DNA of 64,000 bases, taken from positions 1,428,165-1,492,164 of the forward strand of contig NW_003314263.1 of the NCBI RefSeq assembly GCF_000143415.4, written 5' to 3'. Positions 24,901-37,360 of the stretch are shown here, piece after piece. Positions within the stretch are counted from its first letter, which is position 1. Each line of letters opens with the position of its first letter. The translations under genes were made by a program, and so were the position numbers. The stretch is from Selaginella moellendorffii. Its lineage: Eukaryota; Plantae; Lycopodiophyta. The notes under the pieces are model-generated. The model did not search any database. It saw only the letters and a list, made by a program, of their open reading frames with translations, and was not told the DNA's origin.

Positions 24901-25675
24901 CCTTGCTGAGTTCTCCTATAACAACTCTGTTCACTCCTCTCTTCGAGTTTCCCCCTTCTTTGCGAACTCTGGCCGAAATCCCCGATTCAATCTCTCACTT
25001 CCTTCTCCATCTGAATCCTCTCGTTCAAATCCCCACTCTGAGGCATTTATCTCCAACCTCCAGGAAATCCACAACTCCATCTCCTTCCACCTCCATCGTG
25101 CTCAGGAATTTCATAAAACATTTGCCAATGTCCATCGTCAGGATTGTCCCCCTTACAATATCGGGGATAAAGTCTGGCTCCTCAGGCGAAATATCTCCAC
25201 CACCAGGCCCTGTCCAAAACTCGATTTCAAACGCCTTGGTCCTTTCCCTATCACTGCCATCATTAATCCTGTCACTTATCGCCTTGCACTTCCCTCCTCA
25301 TATCAAATTCACCCTGTTTTTCACTCCTCTCTCCTTGAGCCTTATATTCCCAGTCCTATTCCAAATCGGGTCATTCCTCCGCCTCCACCAGTGCAGCTCA
25401 AGGATGGGTCTGAGTACGAGGTTCAGGACATCCTTGATTCCAAGATTTCACGGTCTAAACTCTACTATCTGGTGGACTGGAAGGGTTACGGACCTGAGGA
25501 ACGCACTTGGGAACCTGCAGACAACCTGCTTCATTCTCCTAACCTTGTTCAGGTTTTCCACCACCGCTATCCTTCTCGTCCTAGTCCTCATTCTTTTTCT
25601 CCATCTCCCATCCCTTGCCGCTCATCTCATCCTCCTCTTCATTCTCGTTCACATCCTCATTCCACTTGTTCTTGA
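21917..25675 (+). pseudogene. pol: Pol (PR-RT-RH-IN-chromodomain) in the -1 frame, with four premature stops
   Basis: LLDSGAT, YLDD, DASD, HHCC zinc finger, DDE core, GPF motif and chromodomain YEVQDILDS..YYLVDWKGYGPEERTWEP. Stops at 22148, 22739, 22853 and 23567, all in one frame. Confidence 0.95.
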
Positions 25676-26900
25676 GGAGGGGGTGCTGTCAAGAATCCCC
25701 CAATTCTTGCCACATTCCTGACTCTCGCCGGATTCCTGACCTGCAGACCACATTCCTGACTCTCGAGACACTTCCCTATTCTTGACTCTCGAGACACTTT
25801 CCTATTCCTGACTCTCGAGAAACTTCCCGATTCCTGAGTCTCGAGCCACATTCCTGATGATGATGTGGCGCCTCCTCGACCTTAGCTATATTTAGGCCGT
25901 CCTCGATCCAAGAGTGGTGGAGCTTCATCAACCTATAGTATATATAGGTTAGCCTTGTTCCATTTCTCCACAATTTGAATCAACGCCAGTCTAAGGCCTC
26001 TTCTTTGTTTCCACTAGCTTTTCTCTTTGTCTTTTTGCATTTTCCAATCTTGATCTTGTCAGGGGTCTTGACAGTTGTAGAGTATGGCTTGGTCATATGA
26101 GGAGTTCTTCCATACACAGTGGAAGGTGCAGCTACCTTTGCTCAACATTTTGATGCTTGTGTCGAGGGGCTAGAAGTGTTGGTTAGCAAACCCACACTTA
26201 TAGAGACTTTTTATCTTGCAGATATCCATCATGTGGATTTCATTCTTGGGATGCCATGGTTGGTGAAGATGGATCCAGAGATACAGTGGAGTATTAAACG
26301 TGTCTTGCTGGAGTACGGTGGCATTAAAGATGTGTGGTTTGGAGAAGGAGTTTAACATTTAGTTGTTATGCTCTCGACTACATCTTTGAACCAGGCTTGT
26401 TATAATAGAAAAACACTTTTGAGTTACTTGCTATTTGTTCGTGACTTGGGGGACTAAAGCACATGTGGGGGAGAAGCAGCAGTATGGGATATACTTGACG
26501 AGTTTTCTGATATTTTTCCCCTTATAGGTTGCCTCCATTACGAGGTGTGGAGCATGGGATTACATTAGAGCTGGGGACATGGCCAATTTACTAACATCCA
26601 TTTCAGTTAAGTTATGTGGAGGAGCAAGAAGTTCAACGACAAGTCAAGGAGTTACTTGAGTTTAAATTTATTCAGCCAAGTAAGTCTCCATTTGGTGCTC
26701 CGGTCTTGCTTGTGAAAAAGGACAGTTTAATGTGGATGTGTATTGACTACCATGCCTTAAGCAAGAAAATAATGAAGGATAAGATGCCAATGCCACGTAT
26801 GGATGATATCCTAGACAAGCTTGGTGAAGCACAAGTGTTTACCAAGATTGAGTTGAGGAATGAATATAATCAGATTGCAATGGATGATGCATCTATCTTT

Positions 26901-28364
26901 TGTGAGACACAAAATCCCTAGGCCCCAAAGTGGAGCCGAAAGGGTGCCACGTGGTAGTGGCCGAAGCGAAAGTCAAATGAGCATAACACGTTTGGACTAA
27001 AAGTTCCGACTTGAAAGGTTGAGAGCGGGAGTGGAACTCCCAACGGAGTGCTCAAGGAACGAGCATGAAGCGAGCCATAAGAGAGTCTCTAGAAAAGGGA
27101 CCCGAGATGGAGTCCGAGATGGACCCGAGATGGAGTCCGAGATGGACTCGAGATGGAGTTCGAGATGGAGTCTGAGATGGACCCGAGATGGAGTCCAAGA
27201 TGGAGTCCAAGATGGAGTCCGAAATCGAGATCAAGACCGAGACCGAGACCGAGACCGAGACCGGGACAGAGACCGAGACTAAGGCCAAGGCCGAGACCGA
27301 GCCCAAGCCCGAGTCCAAGTCCGAGTCCGAGTTTGAGTCCAAGTCCGAGTTTGAGTTTGAGTCTGAGAGGGTGAAAACCCAAAGCATTTGTCTCCCAAAC
27401 CCTAGGGGGTTTGGTGAGCTCCAAAAGTATAGTAGAGGGAGAACTCCAGTAAAGCCAGTTTAGCTAGGAAAGGCTAGTTTGTCCTAGGAAGGCTGTACCC
27501 AGGTGTTGGGTGATGGGATAACCACTGAGAAGTCCAAAATTAGAGTGAATACGGACCGACAAGCGGGGTAGCTTAGTGAAGTGTTCAAGAGCCGGCTCTA
27601 GTTCCCCCGGGAAATCGAATGGTCAATGCTCCCAATCCAAGTGTGGGTGGCACTACCTACTTGGATACCTGGCATGGCTCAACGGAACCTTGCTCTAAGC
27701 CCATGGCTAGAGCACCCAAAGGTGGAAAGCGGGGAGAGTACCCATGAGGCTCGCGTAAGGCCATGGTGTTCCGAAATGTTGTCCTAAAGTCCTAGACTGT
27801 AGAATGGAAAAGGAGCAATCCTCTAATTTGGTGACCAATGATGCGGTCATGTGGTGAGAAAGTCCGAGAGGATAGTGGGACTTAGTGGTCTGGCCTGTGG
27901 GCTTTGTCTCAGTGGCAATGTAGGCAAACTCAGCCATGGATAGAAAAGAGACTTAATGGGGACTATAAAAGGGATATTGGGGAAGGCAATTCCCCATGTC
28001 TGTGGGCATCTTAAAGATGCTAAGGAGTGGACCTTGGATGGTCACTCCTGGATGGATGGCCTAGTCTTTGAGAGTCAAGACTGTGATGTAGGTGGTGTTA
28101 GACCACCGGTGTGACCAAGGTGAATGGGCATGGCCTTACCGTAACAGGCTAATATGTGGTGGTACCTTGGAGTGTTAATCTTGGGACCAAACACGTGAAG
28201 CACTTGGACCAAGTGCAATGGTTGAGTGACACAGATGCCATTCTTGGGGCTACCAAGTCCCCAAGTCCGAAATAGGACTTATAGAGGTTGTGAGTGAGAC
28301 TCCTCCAAGTGGTTAGAGGTGTGGTTAAGTGACTAAAGTAGAATGGAAATTTTAGTCACTTACA
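26901..28364 (+). mobile_element. Solo LTR, family B, inserted in the RT of the old Gypsy
   Basis: TGTGAG...CTTACA ends and degenerate TSD TCTTT/TCTCC. Removing it restores ..DDASI-SKTAF... Hexamer array (GAGATG/GAGTCC/GAGACC) at ~27100-27365. Confidence 0.88.
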
Positions 28365-31300
28365 TCTCCAAGACAGCATTCAACACAAGCTTTGGGCATT
28401 TTGAATTTACAGTTATGCCATTTGGTTTGACAACCACATTCACTCGGTTGATGACGAAGGTATTTAGGCGTTATCTTCATGAGTTTATGGAGATTTTCTT
28501 GGACAATATTTTTGTTTTCAGCAAGAATATAGAGGAGCATAAAATGCATTTGCATAAAGTTCTTTTGTTACTCCAAGACAGCAAACTTTATTCAAAGAAG
28601 AGCAAATGTGAATTTGCAAAGTTGGAGATAGAATATCTAAGCCATATTATAACATCTAAGGGTGTCAAGATGGATCCAAGAAAGGTGGTTATGGTGGAAA
28701 ATTGACCTACACCAATTATAGTAGCCGAGTTGTGTAGTTTTCTTGGTATGGCTAGTTACTACTGACGGAGGTGGTTATTCCTTTGACACGGTTGTTACGC
28801 AAGAATGTGCCATTCAAGTGGAAGAAGCCACAAGAGGAGAGTTTTGTGGTGCTTAAACGATTGTTGAGTGAGATTCTAGTGCTTTGCATTGCTGATCCAT
28901 CGAAACCTTACAAGGTGACATACGATGCGAGTGGTTATGCACTGGGAGGAGTTCTCATGCAAGAGGGACAGCCTATTGCATATAAGAGTCAAACTTTGAA
29001 TTCCATTGAACAACACTATTCCACATATAAGCAAGAGTTACTTTTTATTGTTCATGCTTTACGGACGTGGTAGCACTATCTTTATGGTGCAGTGTTCGTG
29101 GTGTTGACAGATCATAAACCACTTGTGTATCTTTTCACATAGAAGGAGTTGAACACTAAGCAAGCTCGTTGAATGGTCGAACTCATAGAGTTTGGGGAGT
29201 TTCCTATTGAGCATCGTCTGGGAAAATTAAATGTGGTGGCAAATGCTTTATCTCGTGTTCATCATGTGACAATGTTACAAACACAATTTTGTCATCATTT
29301 GAGTAAGGTGGTCAGCGAGTTTGAGCAGTTGGTTGAGCGTGCTCAGGCTCAGGATGCTGAGGTGGCCTCTTTGCGAGACCAAATGGAAGCCCCTTTCTCA
29401 TTGGTGGATAGGATTCTCTACTACAATGGCCATGTATATTTGCCACGGGTGGATGCGTTAATTACTCAAGTTTTATTCCACTATCATGATTGTTCAGAGG
29501 CCGGTCATTTTGGGGGGAAGAAGACATATGAGTTGATTAAGCGCAATTTTTATTGGAAAAATATAAAGGCTAATATCCTCAAGTATTGTAAATCATATGA
29601 GCTCTGTCAACAGGTTAAGGTGCTACGGGAGAAGCCAAGGGGACTTTTGCAACCTTTACCTATTCCTCGGTTGACGAAGTATGTGTGGTTGTTGGCTTTT
29701 CGGAAGACTATCATTGCCTTAGACTTGGCTGCAATTTACTTGGAGAAGGTTTTTCTTGATTTTGGTTTGCCAAAGGACATCATTAATGATCAAGATTCAA
29801 AGTTCACCAGTGGATTTTGGAAGAGCTTTGCAAAGGCTATACAAGTGACTTTGAACTCTTGAGTGGAGATCATCCTTAGACGGATGGGCAAACCGATCGT
29901 GTGAATTAGATGGTGGAGGATATGCTACATTGTAGCAATGGTTAAAGGCAAAGATAGTGGGATCTATATCTTCTATTAGTGCAATTTGCTTACAACAATA
30001 GCCAACACAGTGGAACCAAGCTAAGTCCTTACTTTGTCATATTTGGAAGGCATTCCCAAATAGTGGTGGAGTTGAGATTGCATTTGAGTAAAGATGTTCA
30101 AGATAAACTTGATTCTAAGGCAACTGATCTAGCCACAGAACTTGATGAGATTTTGGTGGTGTGCAAACGGAATTTGCAAGCAACTTAGGATAAAGTAGAG
30201 AAGTTTACTAATGAGCATTGCCAATTCCGGGAATATAAGGTGGGTGATCTCATATTTGTGCGAATAATCTTTTTGTCAAGTGAGCAGTAGAACACCTTGG
30301 TGCCTTTACGGACAAGGAAGAGTGATGAACTTTCCCATCGATATGCTGGTTCATATAAAGTGCTAGAGCACATTGGTAAAGCAGCTTATAGGATGCACTT
30401 GCTAACTAGGGTGAAAATTCATTTAATATTTTATGTCAGCCAATTGAAAGATGTACTATCTCAAAGTGACAAGCCCAATGCTTCCTTGATGTATATGGCT
30501 ATAGAAGGACCAGGAGCATGAGCAGGGTTCCCTAGAAAAGATAATCACCGATACAACTAGTCCTTAGAACAAGGACTTTTTTAGGGAGAAAAATTGTTAG
30601 GCACCAACTTTGACCACATGGTCAACATCAAGCTCAAGGGTATATTAAGGCATGTTAGAGTAATGGATTTAACCTACCCTAGGGTTTACAATGGAGTGGC
30701 AGTAACTTAGGGGTGGTTACAACACAAGCACCCGCGACCGCCACAATCACAACATCCATGGAAGCTAGAGCAACAAAATCTCTATCTTTTTTATCCATCA
30801 TTTTTATCTTTTTTTTGGGTTGTTTTGGTATGATCAAAGAGATGAATGAATTTATCCCCAAGACCTAACCCGATGACAAAGAGTGCTTTTCAATTCTTGG
30901 AGTCCCAGTTGAGCCGTTGGGTTACATCTGCAGCAGCCGGACGTTGAGTCATTCCATCCACTATAAGCCAGCAATCCTTGGCCAGCTGTACTTTTGTTTT
31001 CCAAGTCGAGAAATTCTGTCCCATGAACTTTTGGAGAAGTTTCTCCCACAGCCCCCAGAGTCCCAAGAATTTCCTGCTGCGTTAGTAGAAGACATTCTAC
31101 TATTAATCTAAGAATAGATTAAAAGGGAATTTAGAAAGGACGGAATCGTGAAAAACTCGGCCGCAACAAGGGCACGGATCTTCCACTCCACCCGCGCCAG
31201 CACTGCCAAAGCCCTCGCGCGCTCTTGAGCCAAGGGTTCCTGGCCCCTTTGATTCTTCCTCTGCCACTGTCCTCTTGCCATTAGATCGTTCGCCGCTCCG

Positions 31301-31482
31301 ATACCATGTTGTATTATGAAATGTTGTGTTATTATTATGACGGTTGATACATGGTTAAATGTATGGGTTTACCGTGACGATCCGTGGCGGTGTCTGGATC
31401 GCTCACGTGGCGTGTGCGGACGGTTTTGTTCACTCCCACACGTGATTCAACCCTTTTGCGAATTCAAGAGATAGCCAAGAGA

Positions 31483-32935
31483 ATGGGAGCTCTGTGGGGA
31501 GTCGATCTGAAGTCCACCTCTGTTATCGTCCCGGCATCTCCAACACCAATTCAGGAACGACGTTTTCTTTCGAATTTAGATCAAGTGTTTACAGGCCAGT
31601 GGTACATGAACACGGTGTGGTACTTCAAGCCAGCTTCGGGTCATTTGATTCAAGACCAGGATGCTTTTTTCAAAGGATTGAAGGACTCATTGTCGAGGTT
31701 ATTGATTTACTATCCAGCTCTCGCGGGGAGGCTGGTGAAGAACGAGAATAACAGGTTCGAAGTCGAGCTGAATGACAAGGGAGTTATTTTTCGCGAGGCA
31801 GTTACCGAGGCAAGATTCGATGACTGGGAAGACATCAAGGATTGCACAATAGAAGCCAAGCTGACATTTGAAGATACAATCATAGCGGACTACAACACCG
31901 CTCCACTCATACGAACTCAGGTAAATTAACAGACTCAAAGCTTCTTGTAAAGCTCGCTGATTTTCTTTCCAGGCTACCCTCTTCAAGTGCGGAGGGATCG
32001 CTCTGGGATTTAGTATGGCCCATGCAATTCACGATGGCTGGGCTGCGATGGAGTTTGTGAAATCATGGTCGGAACTTCATATGCATCTTCCAGTGTCAAC
32101 TCCGCCAGTGTTTGCAAATCACCTGATGAAAGCCAGAGATCCACCAGCGGTGAGTGTTCCCATTAAGGACTACATTTCAGTTCCAAAGGTTGAAGGGTCT
32201 CTCAGCAGCAACTATCAGATCTTTGAGGAAGGAGCTCCATTGCCATTCCAAGCTATCACCTTCAGGTTCACAGCTCAACAGGTGGACGAAATCATCCAGG
32301 AGGTCAGAACCGGTCCTTGGAAAGTCGAAGCCTCCAGCTTCGTTGCAATGGCGGCATTCACCTGGAAGGTGATGACCGAAGCCAGAGAGCTCCCGGACGA
32401 CACCACAACTCGGTATGTCTACCCGATAAGCTGCAGACAGCGCTGGCAACCACCTCTTCCTCGCGGCTTCTTTGGAAACACGGCTCATCTTTCGTCATTA
32501 GCAGCGAAAGCCGGGGACATCAAGAACAAGCACGTCTCCTACGCTGCAAAACTCATCTACGACGACCTCTTAGCCACAACGACGGAGTATCTCAAGTCGG
32601 TGATAGACTGGATGGAGATTGAGCTTCAGAAGAACGACAGAGACATCGGTTTTGCCTGCGACTTCTACTCTGGAGCCGACGTGCAGAGCACGAGTATGGT
32701 CAACTTCCCGATCTTCCATGTGGACTTTGGATGGGGAAGGCCTATTCACAACTCCTTCACGTTCCAACCACTCTTGGGAGACGGCCACGCCTACTTGTTC
32801 CCAGCTCCAGAAGGTGGAAGAAACCGACTTGTTCCCATCTACATGAAGAGACTTGCGATGAAGAACTTGTTCCGAAACGAGCTCTTTCGAAGGTTCCAGC
32901 CCGATCTTAAAGACTATAGCTACTACAACGATTGA
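31483..32935 (+). CDS. BAHD acyltransferase (HCT/transferase family), 2 exons (31483-31920, 31973-32935), ~466 aa
   Basis: YYPALAGRL, HAIHDG (HXXXD), GFFGN and DFGWG. Conserved 'Q' intron 17 residues before the catalytic His. Confidence 0.95.
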
Positions 32936-33109
32936 GAACAACAGACTAAGAGGTACGTATTTGGATTGGACACTGACGATGTGCCACGTTTATAACTTTG
33001 TACATGGGGTGGTCGAAGCTGGGAGGAGCTTGGAGAGCTAGGTGGAAGTGATGCGACAAAAAATGGGAATAGCTTGGACTTTCTCGTGTGTTCTTCGCTC
33101 CCTGGAATT

Positions 33110-33560
33110 GCATCAACTGGGTCCTTGTTTGGGTACTCACAAGCTTAGGTCGCAGGGATTAAAATATCTGGCAGGCTGGTGGTGTGATGACCACCATCTT
33201 TGTGCAGGAGGTCTTTACGAGCAGCCTGGACATTTTTCTGGCGCCAACAATCAAGATCTGAACCGCCCAACTCACTAGCTCCACCATCGGCAAGGTCACT
33301 CCAATCTCCATTCAGATTCTCTTACCAAGAGGCCATTCAAGTTCCGCTGTGGGCGGGCCCACATGTTTACTTTTGATAGAGCCTTAAACAAATGCTGTAT
33401 TGCATCTCAGCTGATAGTACAAACAAGAAGCTTTCCTTCTGCCATGAGGGCATAGGACCATCCTATCTCTAAGTCTTCGTTTACGGTGTGGCTCCAAGCA
33501 TAGCAAGGAGCTCATCACAAAGGCATGAAGTCCAGTAGTGAGTGGCCTGCTGCTAATGCA
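33110..33560 (-). pseudogene. HEMA: Heavily deleted glutamyl-tRNA reductase remnant (copy 1)
   Basis: Minus strand encodes DAIQHLFK and ILIVGARKMSRLLVK...CTKMVVI, matching the copy at 35-36 kb. Confidence 0.7.
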
Positions 33561-33599
33561 ATAATATGTTACATCCCTCCAATCTTGGCATGTTTTTGG

Positions 33600-33860
33600 T
33601 TCGTAACATATTATATATTTTTGGTTTGCTTAAGCATATTTGAATATTCTGGGATATTCTACTATCTAGTGGTTGTTGTTCATTTAGATTAATTTTTTAT
33701 TTATAATTTATAATTTATTCTAATTTTTTAAATATATTCTAGTTTATTCTACCATATAATTTTAGTTATAAACTTTTAATTGATCAATTGGATTAATAAA
33801 TAATAAGCACTACAACCAAGCAGTGCTATATGCAATGCATAGCAAATTATTATTCTGATT
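33600..33860 (-). repeat. AT-rich dispersed repeat (also ~40420-40700 + and ~58955-59290 +)
   Basis: Shared GCTATGCATTGCAT(G/A)TAGC-like block and TTGCTTAAGCA palindrome. Confidence 0.65.
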
Positions 33861-34502
33861 GATTTTCATGATACTTTTAATTAGTATGATATTCTCATGC
33901 ATTAAAATTTGAAGGATAGGCATTTCATTTGCATCAATTGCATTGTGGTCTCATACTTCCAATTAGGCACTGCATGACCCTCAAAAACATTTATTATTAA
34001 CTGCATAAATACAACAATCACTTGACAAATGCACAATGAGCCATGGAGGAACCCTTTGGAATTTATAATCCAAATTAATATTATGGTTAATTATATTTCT
34101 CAAAGTTATTTATGACTCCACATAAAAACAATTTTGTTTGACACAAAAGTTCTTCATGCGTCTTTCACTTATGCAGTATATATAGTGTAGTTAGATGATC
34201 CACTGCAACAATATTGTTGGTATTTATAAATTTCTGTAGATTTCCTGATACTAAGAATCCAAAAATTGATTAAAAAACCTATGCTCACTTCGAGTTTGTA
34301 TATTGATAAATAAAATGTACAAATATTCTTATTATCATATATTACATATTCCTTTTTTAATTATACCTTATGACATACAAAAACAATATCAATTAAACAT
34401 ATATTCACATTCTTTATATTGTTTTGTATTATAATAATATTTTTTGAGGACTCCTTTTAAGGGTTTTTCGTTAGTATTGTCATCTTTATTATTGGATACA
34501 CT

Positions 34503-34760
34503 GAGCACGAGCACGGTCAACTTCCTCCAGGTGGACTCCGGAGGAGCTGGGAACAAGTAGGCGTTGGCCGTCTCCCAAACGTGAGGCTGGAAGAAGCCGA
34601 CTTGTCCCTGAGACTTGCGATGAAGAACTTATTCCAAAACGAGCTCCAAGCCGGACCTTAAAAGACTATAGCTACAATTGAGAACAGGTCATTTCTTGTA
34701 TGAGAAGTATGTATGATTGGATTTGGACACTGACAATGTGCCGCGTTTGATTTCATATGA
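34503..34760 (+). pseudogene. Decayed duplicate of the BAHD 3' end and 3' UTR, with a 36-bp inversion
   Basis: Matches ~32685-32990. 34543-34578 is the reverse complement of 32774-32808. Confidence 0.85.
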
Positions 34761-34910
34761 ATGTTTTCTTACAATTTCCAGGAGTAATCCAAGGCACTGG
34801 TATCAGTGCCGTGTTATTCCGTCAGCTCAGCTCTCAAAAACATAAAGAAGAAGAGACAAACCTTTCCGAGATCGTTCGATCATCCGTAGCGAACGGATTT
34901 TCTGTGGTGG

Positions 34911-36597
34911 TCAGCTGGAAGGTGGTGCTGCTGGTGGGGGCTGCTTGGCGGATCTGAGCTCCAGGGGACCACCAAGCTCAGCTTTGAGATCAAACATCCT
35001 CTTTAGAGCGTGCATGTTTTCCAGTGTCTCGTTCACCGTCCTGGCCTCACTGCCATCGCTTCTCAAGTTTTGCATGGGCCCGTGGAGCAGCTTGTTGACG
35101 ATTCCCCCGCTGAGGTCCTCGATGAGCTTCCTGTTCTTCTTGGACAACTCGTCGCCTCCCATCTTCGCCAGGCACTTCTCCAGCTTGCTGGTCCGGATCC
35201 TCTCCGCGTAAGCTCCCTCCACGCCTCGAAGCTCCGGAGCTCCTCCTCGATAATGGTCTGGGCCTTCATGGCCTTCCTCCTCCTCTCTTCCTGGTTGGCG
35301 GTCACCACCTCTTTCAAGTCGTCCACATTGTAGAGCCTGACTCCGGGGACCTCAGCAACACAGGCTGCAACGTTCGAGGGACCGAGATATCGATGAAGAA
35401 CCTGGTTCCCAAAGGAGCAGCCGGGATCTTCTCAGCGTCACCTTTGTAGAAGAGTGGCTGGTCTGACGCTGTGCTCGTGAAGACAACGTCGGCCTCCCCG
35501 GCACATCTCATCATCTCGTCCAGAGACTGGTATTCGACCGTGGAGTCTGGAAACTCGGCCTGGAGCTCGCTCACGTGCTGCTGCGTCCTGTCGACCACCA
35601 CCATCTTGGTGCAGCCTTTGGAGATGAGGTGCTTGACGAGCAGCTTGGACATCTTCCCGGCACCGACGATCACGACTTGAGCCGCGGAGAGCCCTCCATA
35701 GCTCGCAACTTTCATCGCTGTTAGCTCCACCACCGCAGAGCTCACCGACACCGCCCTGGCCGCAATGCTCGTCTCCGTCCGGACTCTCTTGCCAGCCGTG
35801 ATCACCTGCTTGAAGAGCCCATTCAAGTTCCTGCCGAATCCGTTGGCACCCTGCCCGACCTTGAACACCTGCTTGACTTGCGCGAGAATCTGCCCCTCGC
35901 CCAGCACACACCTTGAACAAATGCTGTGTCGCGTCTCGGTCGCGTAGTATGAACAAATGCTGCCGGTGTTCTTCCAGAGGAACTCCACTAGTCTACCAAT
36001 ACAAAAGGAAGTTTTTAAGACTCTAGCACCAAGAACTTGAGAGCTCACCTCCTTAACACCACGAGAGAGCCACCACGTAAATCTCCATGCGATTACACGT
36101 ACTTAGAACCGCCGCCTCCTCTATATGGTTGTGAGCAACGAGCTTGCCGATTGCGCGTGGCCATTCCGCCTCTGGAACGGCCAACTTCTAACGTAGCTCC
36201 ACCAAAGCTGTGTGGACGCTCAATCCTCTTCTCGCTAGTATATCCTGCCAAGAACACAATCCAATCCAATCTTATCAGCTCAATCCAATCGACCCATGGA
36301 AGAACGAGAAAAAAAAAAGGAAAGCTAAACTTACTGTCGGTGCCGGCATTTCGGAGCTGTTCTAGAGCTGCCAAGCTCGCAGCCTTGGCCCTGTGACTGG
36401 GAGGAAGACGAGCGTCTCCTCCTCCTCCACCAATGGAGCAAGCTCTCACGAGCACAGCCTTCCTGGGAAATCTACCAAAATCTCGATGGATGCAGTCAAT
36501 CCTTGCGACCTACACAATTCTGGAGCTGCTGGAGCTGCTGCAAACCTCCGTTATCAAGCCAATAAGAGCACAGGCCAATTGCACCTGTGGCAGCCAT
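34911..36597 (-). pseudogene. HEMA: Glutamyl-tRNA reductase pseudogene (copy 2)
   Basis: [44 protein letters not shown] and [11 protein letters not shown]. Premature TAG at 36190-36188, short deletions and frameshifts near 35380 and 35220. Confidence 0.92.
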
Positions 36598-36616
36598 TGG
36601 TGACAGGATCTTCGGC

Positions 36617-37360
36617 ATGGAGATGTTTAAGATCTTCGGGCAAGTGCTGGATTTCGTGACAGTGTGCCAGTTTGGAAGAGTTCTAGATGTGGTGACCAGG
36701 TATCTTTCTCTCTTTTTCTTTTTATCCGTTTTGGCAATGAATGCAAGGGCATTTTGCGCTCCTCCAGGTCGGTAGCTGCATTGTTCGAGCAAGAGGGCTG
36801 TAGAAAGATCAGGGATCAAGCAGCCAAAGAAAAGGTTATACTTCTCAAGATCGTCTCCTAGGATCGCCAGGAGCTTTTCAGGAAGCAATGCGGAGAGCCC
36901 ATCATCAAGAAATCCTTTGAGAAGAGGGAACTTTTGCTAGGAAACCATTTGAACTGGAGAACACACACAGCTGCGGTTATGATTTTTCTTGCAACTCCTG
37001 CACTTGCAGCCAATGCTCTCAAGACATGCTCCTGTCTTCTGAAAGAATGCTAGTAATTTTATTCTCTTTTTGTCCTTCAAGAAAGATGAGGTTTTTTTTT
37101 TCCTCTAGATTGGAGCTCATTGCAGATCCTTCATGCTTGCAAACTTGTAACAATTGACTTGATGAGACCAAGTGCTAGGTAAGTCTCGAAATTTTATGTA
37201 AAACTTCTTTTGGATTGATCAATCATTGCGATTCAAGAATACTTTCAAGTCAAATGTGAAGACATTTTTTAACAACGTGGTGGATGAATTCAACAATTGC
37301 ATAATGAGCTGCAAAAGCTGCATCCCACAAAAGAAAGATGAGGGGTATTTCCCAATCCTG
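36617..37360 (+). pseudogene. VDE: Violaxanthin de-epoxidase 5' fragment pseudogene
   Basis: Exon remnants ANALKTCSCLLKEC*, CLQTCNN*LDETKC* and NNVVDEFNNCIMSCKSCIPQKKDEGYFPI match the VDE Cys-rich domain. The start position is tentative. Confidence 0.82.

Larger units (their letters stand above)
20487..26073 (+). mobile_element. Young full-length chromovirus (Tf1/Tcn1-like Ty3/Gypsy)
   Basis: 387-bp LTRs at 20487-20873 and 25687-26073 with 5 transitions counted. TSD GTTGT, PPT GAGGAGGGGG, gag plus pol with a C-terminal chromodomain. Confidence 0.97.
20075..30540 (+). mobile_element. Old, decayed Ty3/Gypsy element hosting two insertions
   Basis: CHHCSKLEHYKADC knuckle; LLDSGS protease split at 20487/26073; RT (PSKSPFGAPVLLVKK, KTAF...VMPFGL, FLDNI); RNase H (YDASGYALGGVL); integrase (HDCSEAGHFG, DQDSKFTSGFW). 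Many stops. Confidence 0.88.

Noticed and set aside
24903-25721. 272-aa alternative-frame ORF
   Set aside because: Shadow frame of the pyrimidine-rich integrase/chromodomain region; no ATG context or recognisable domain.
27019-27463. Low-complexity ORFs (RD, LG, ET, SP repeats), also at 62582-62914
   Set aside because: These are translations of hexamer tandem repeats inside an LTR, open in several frames.
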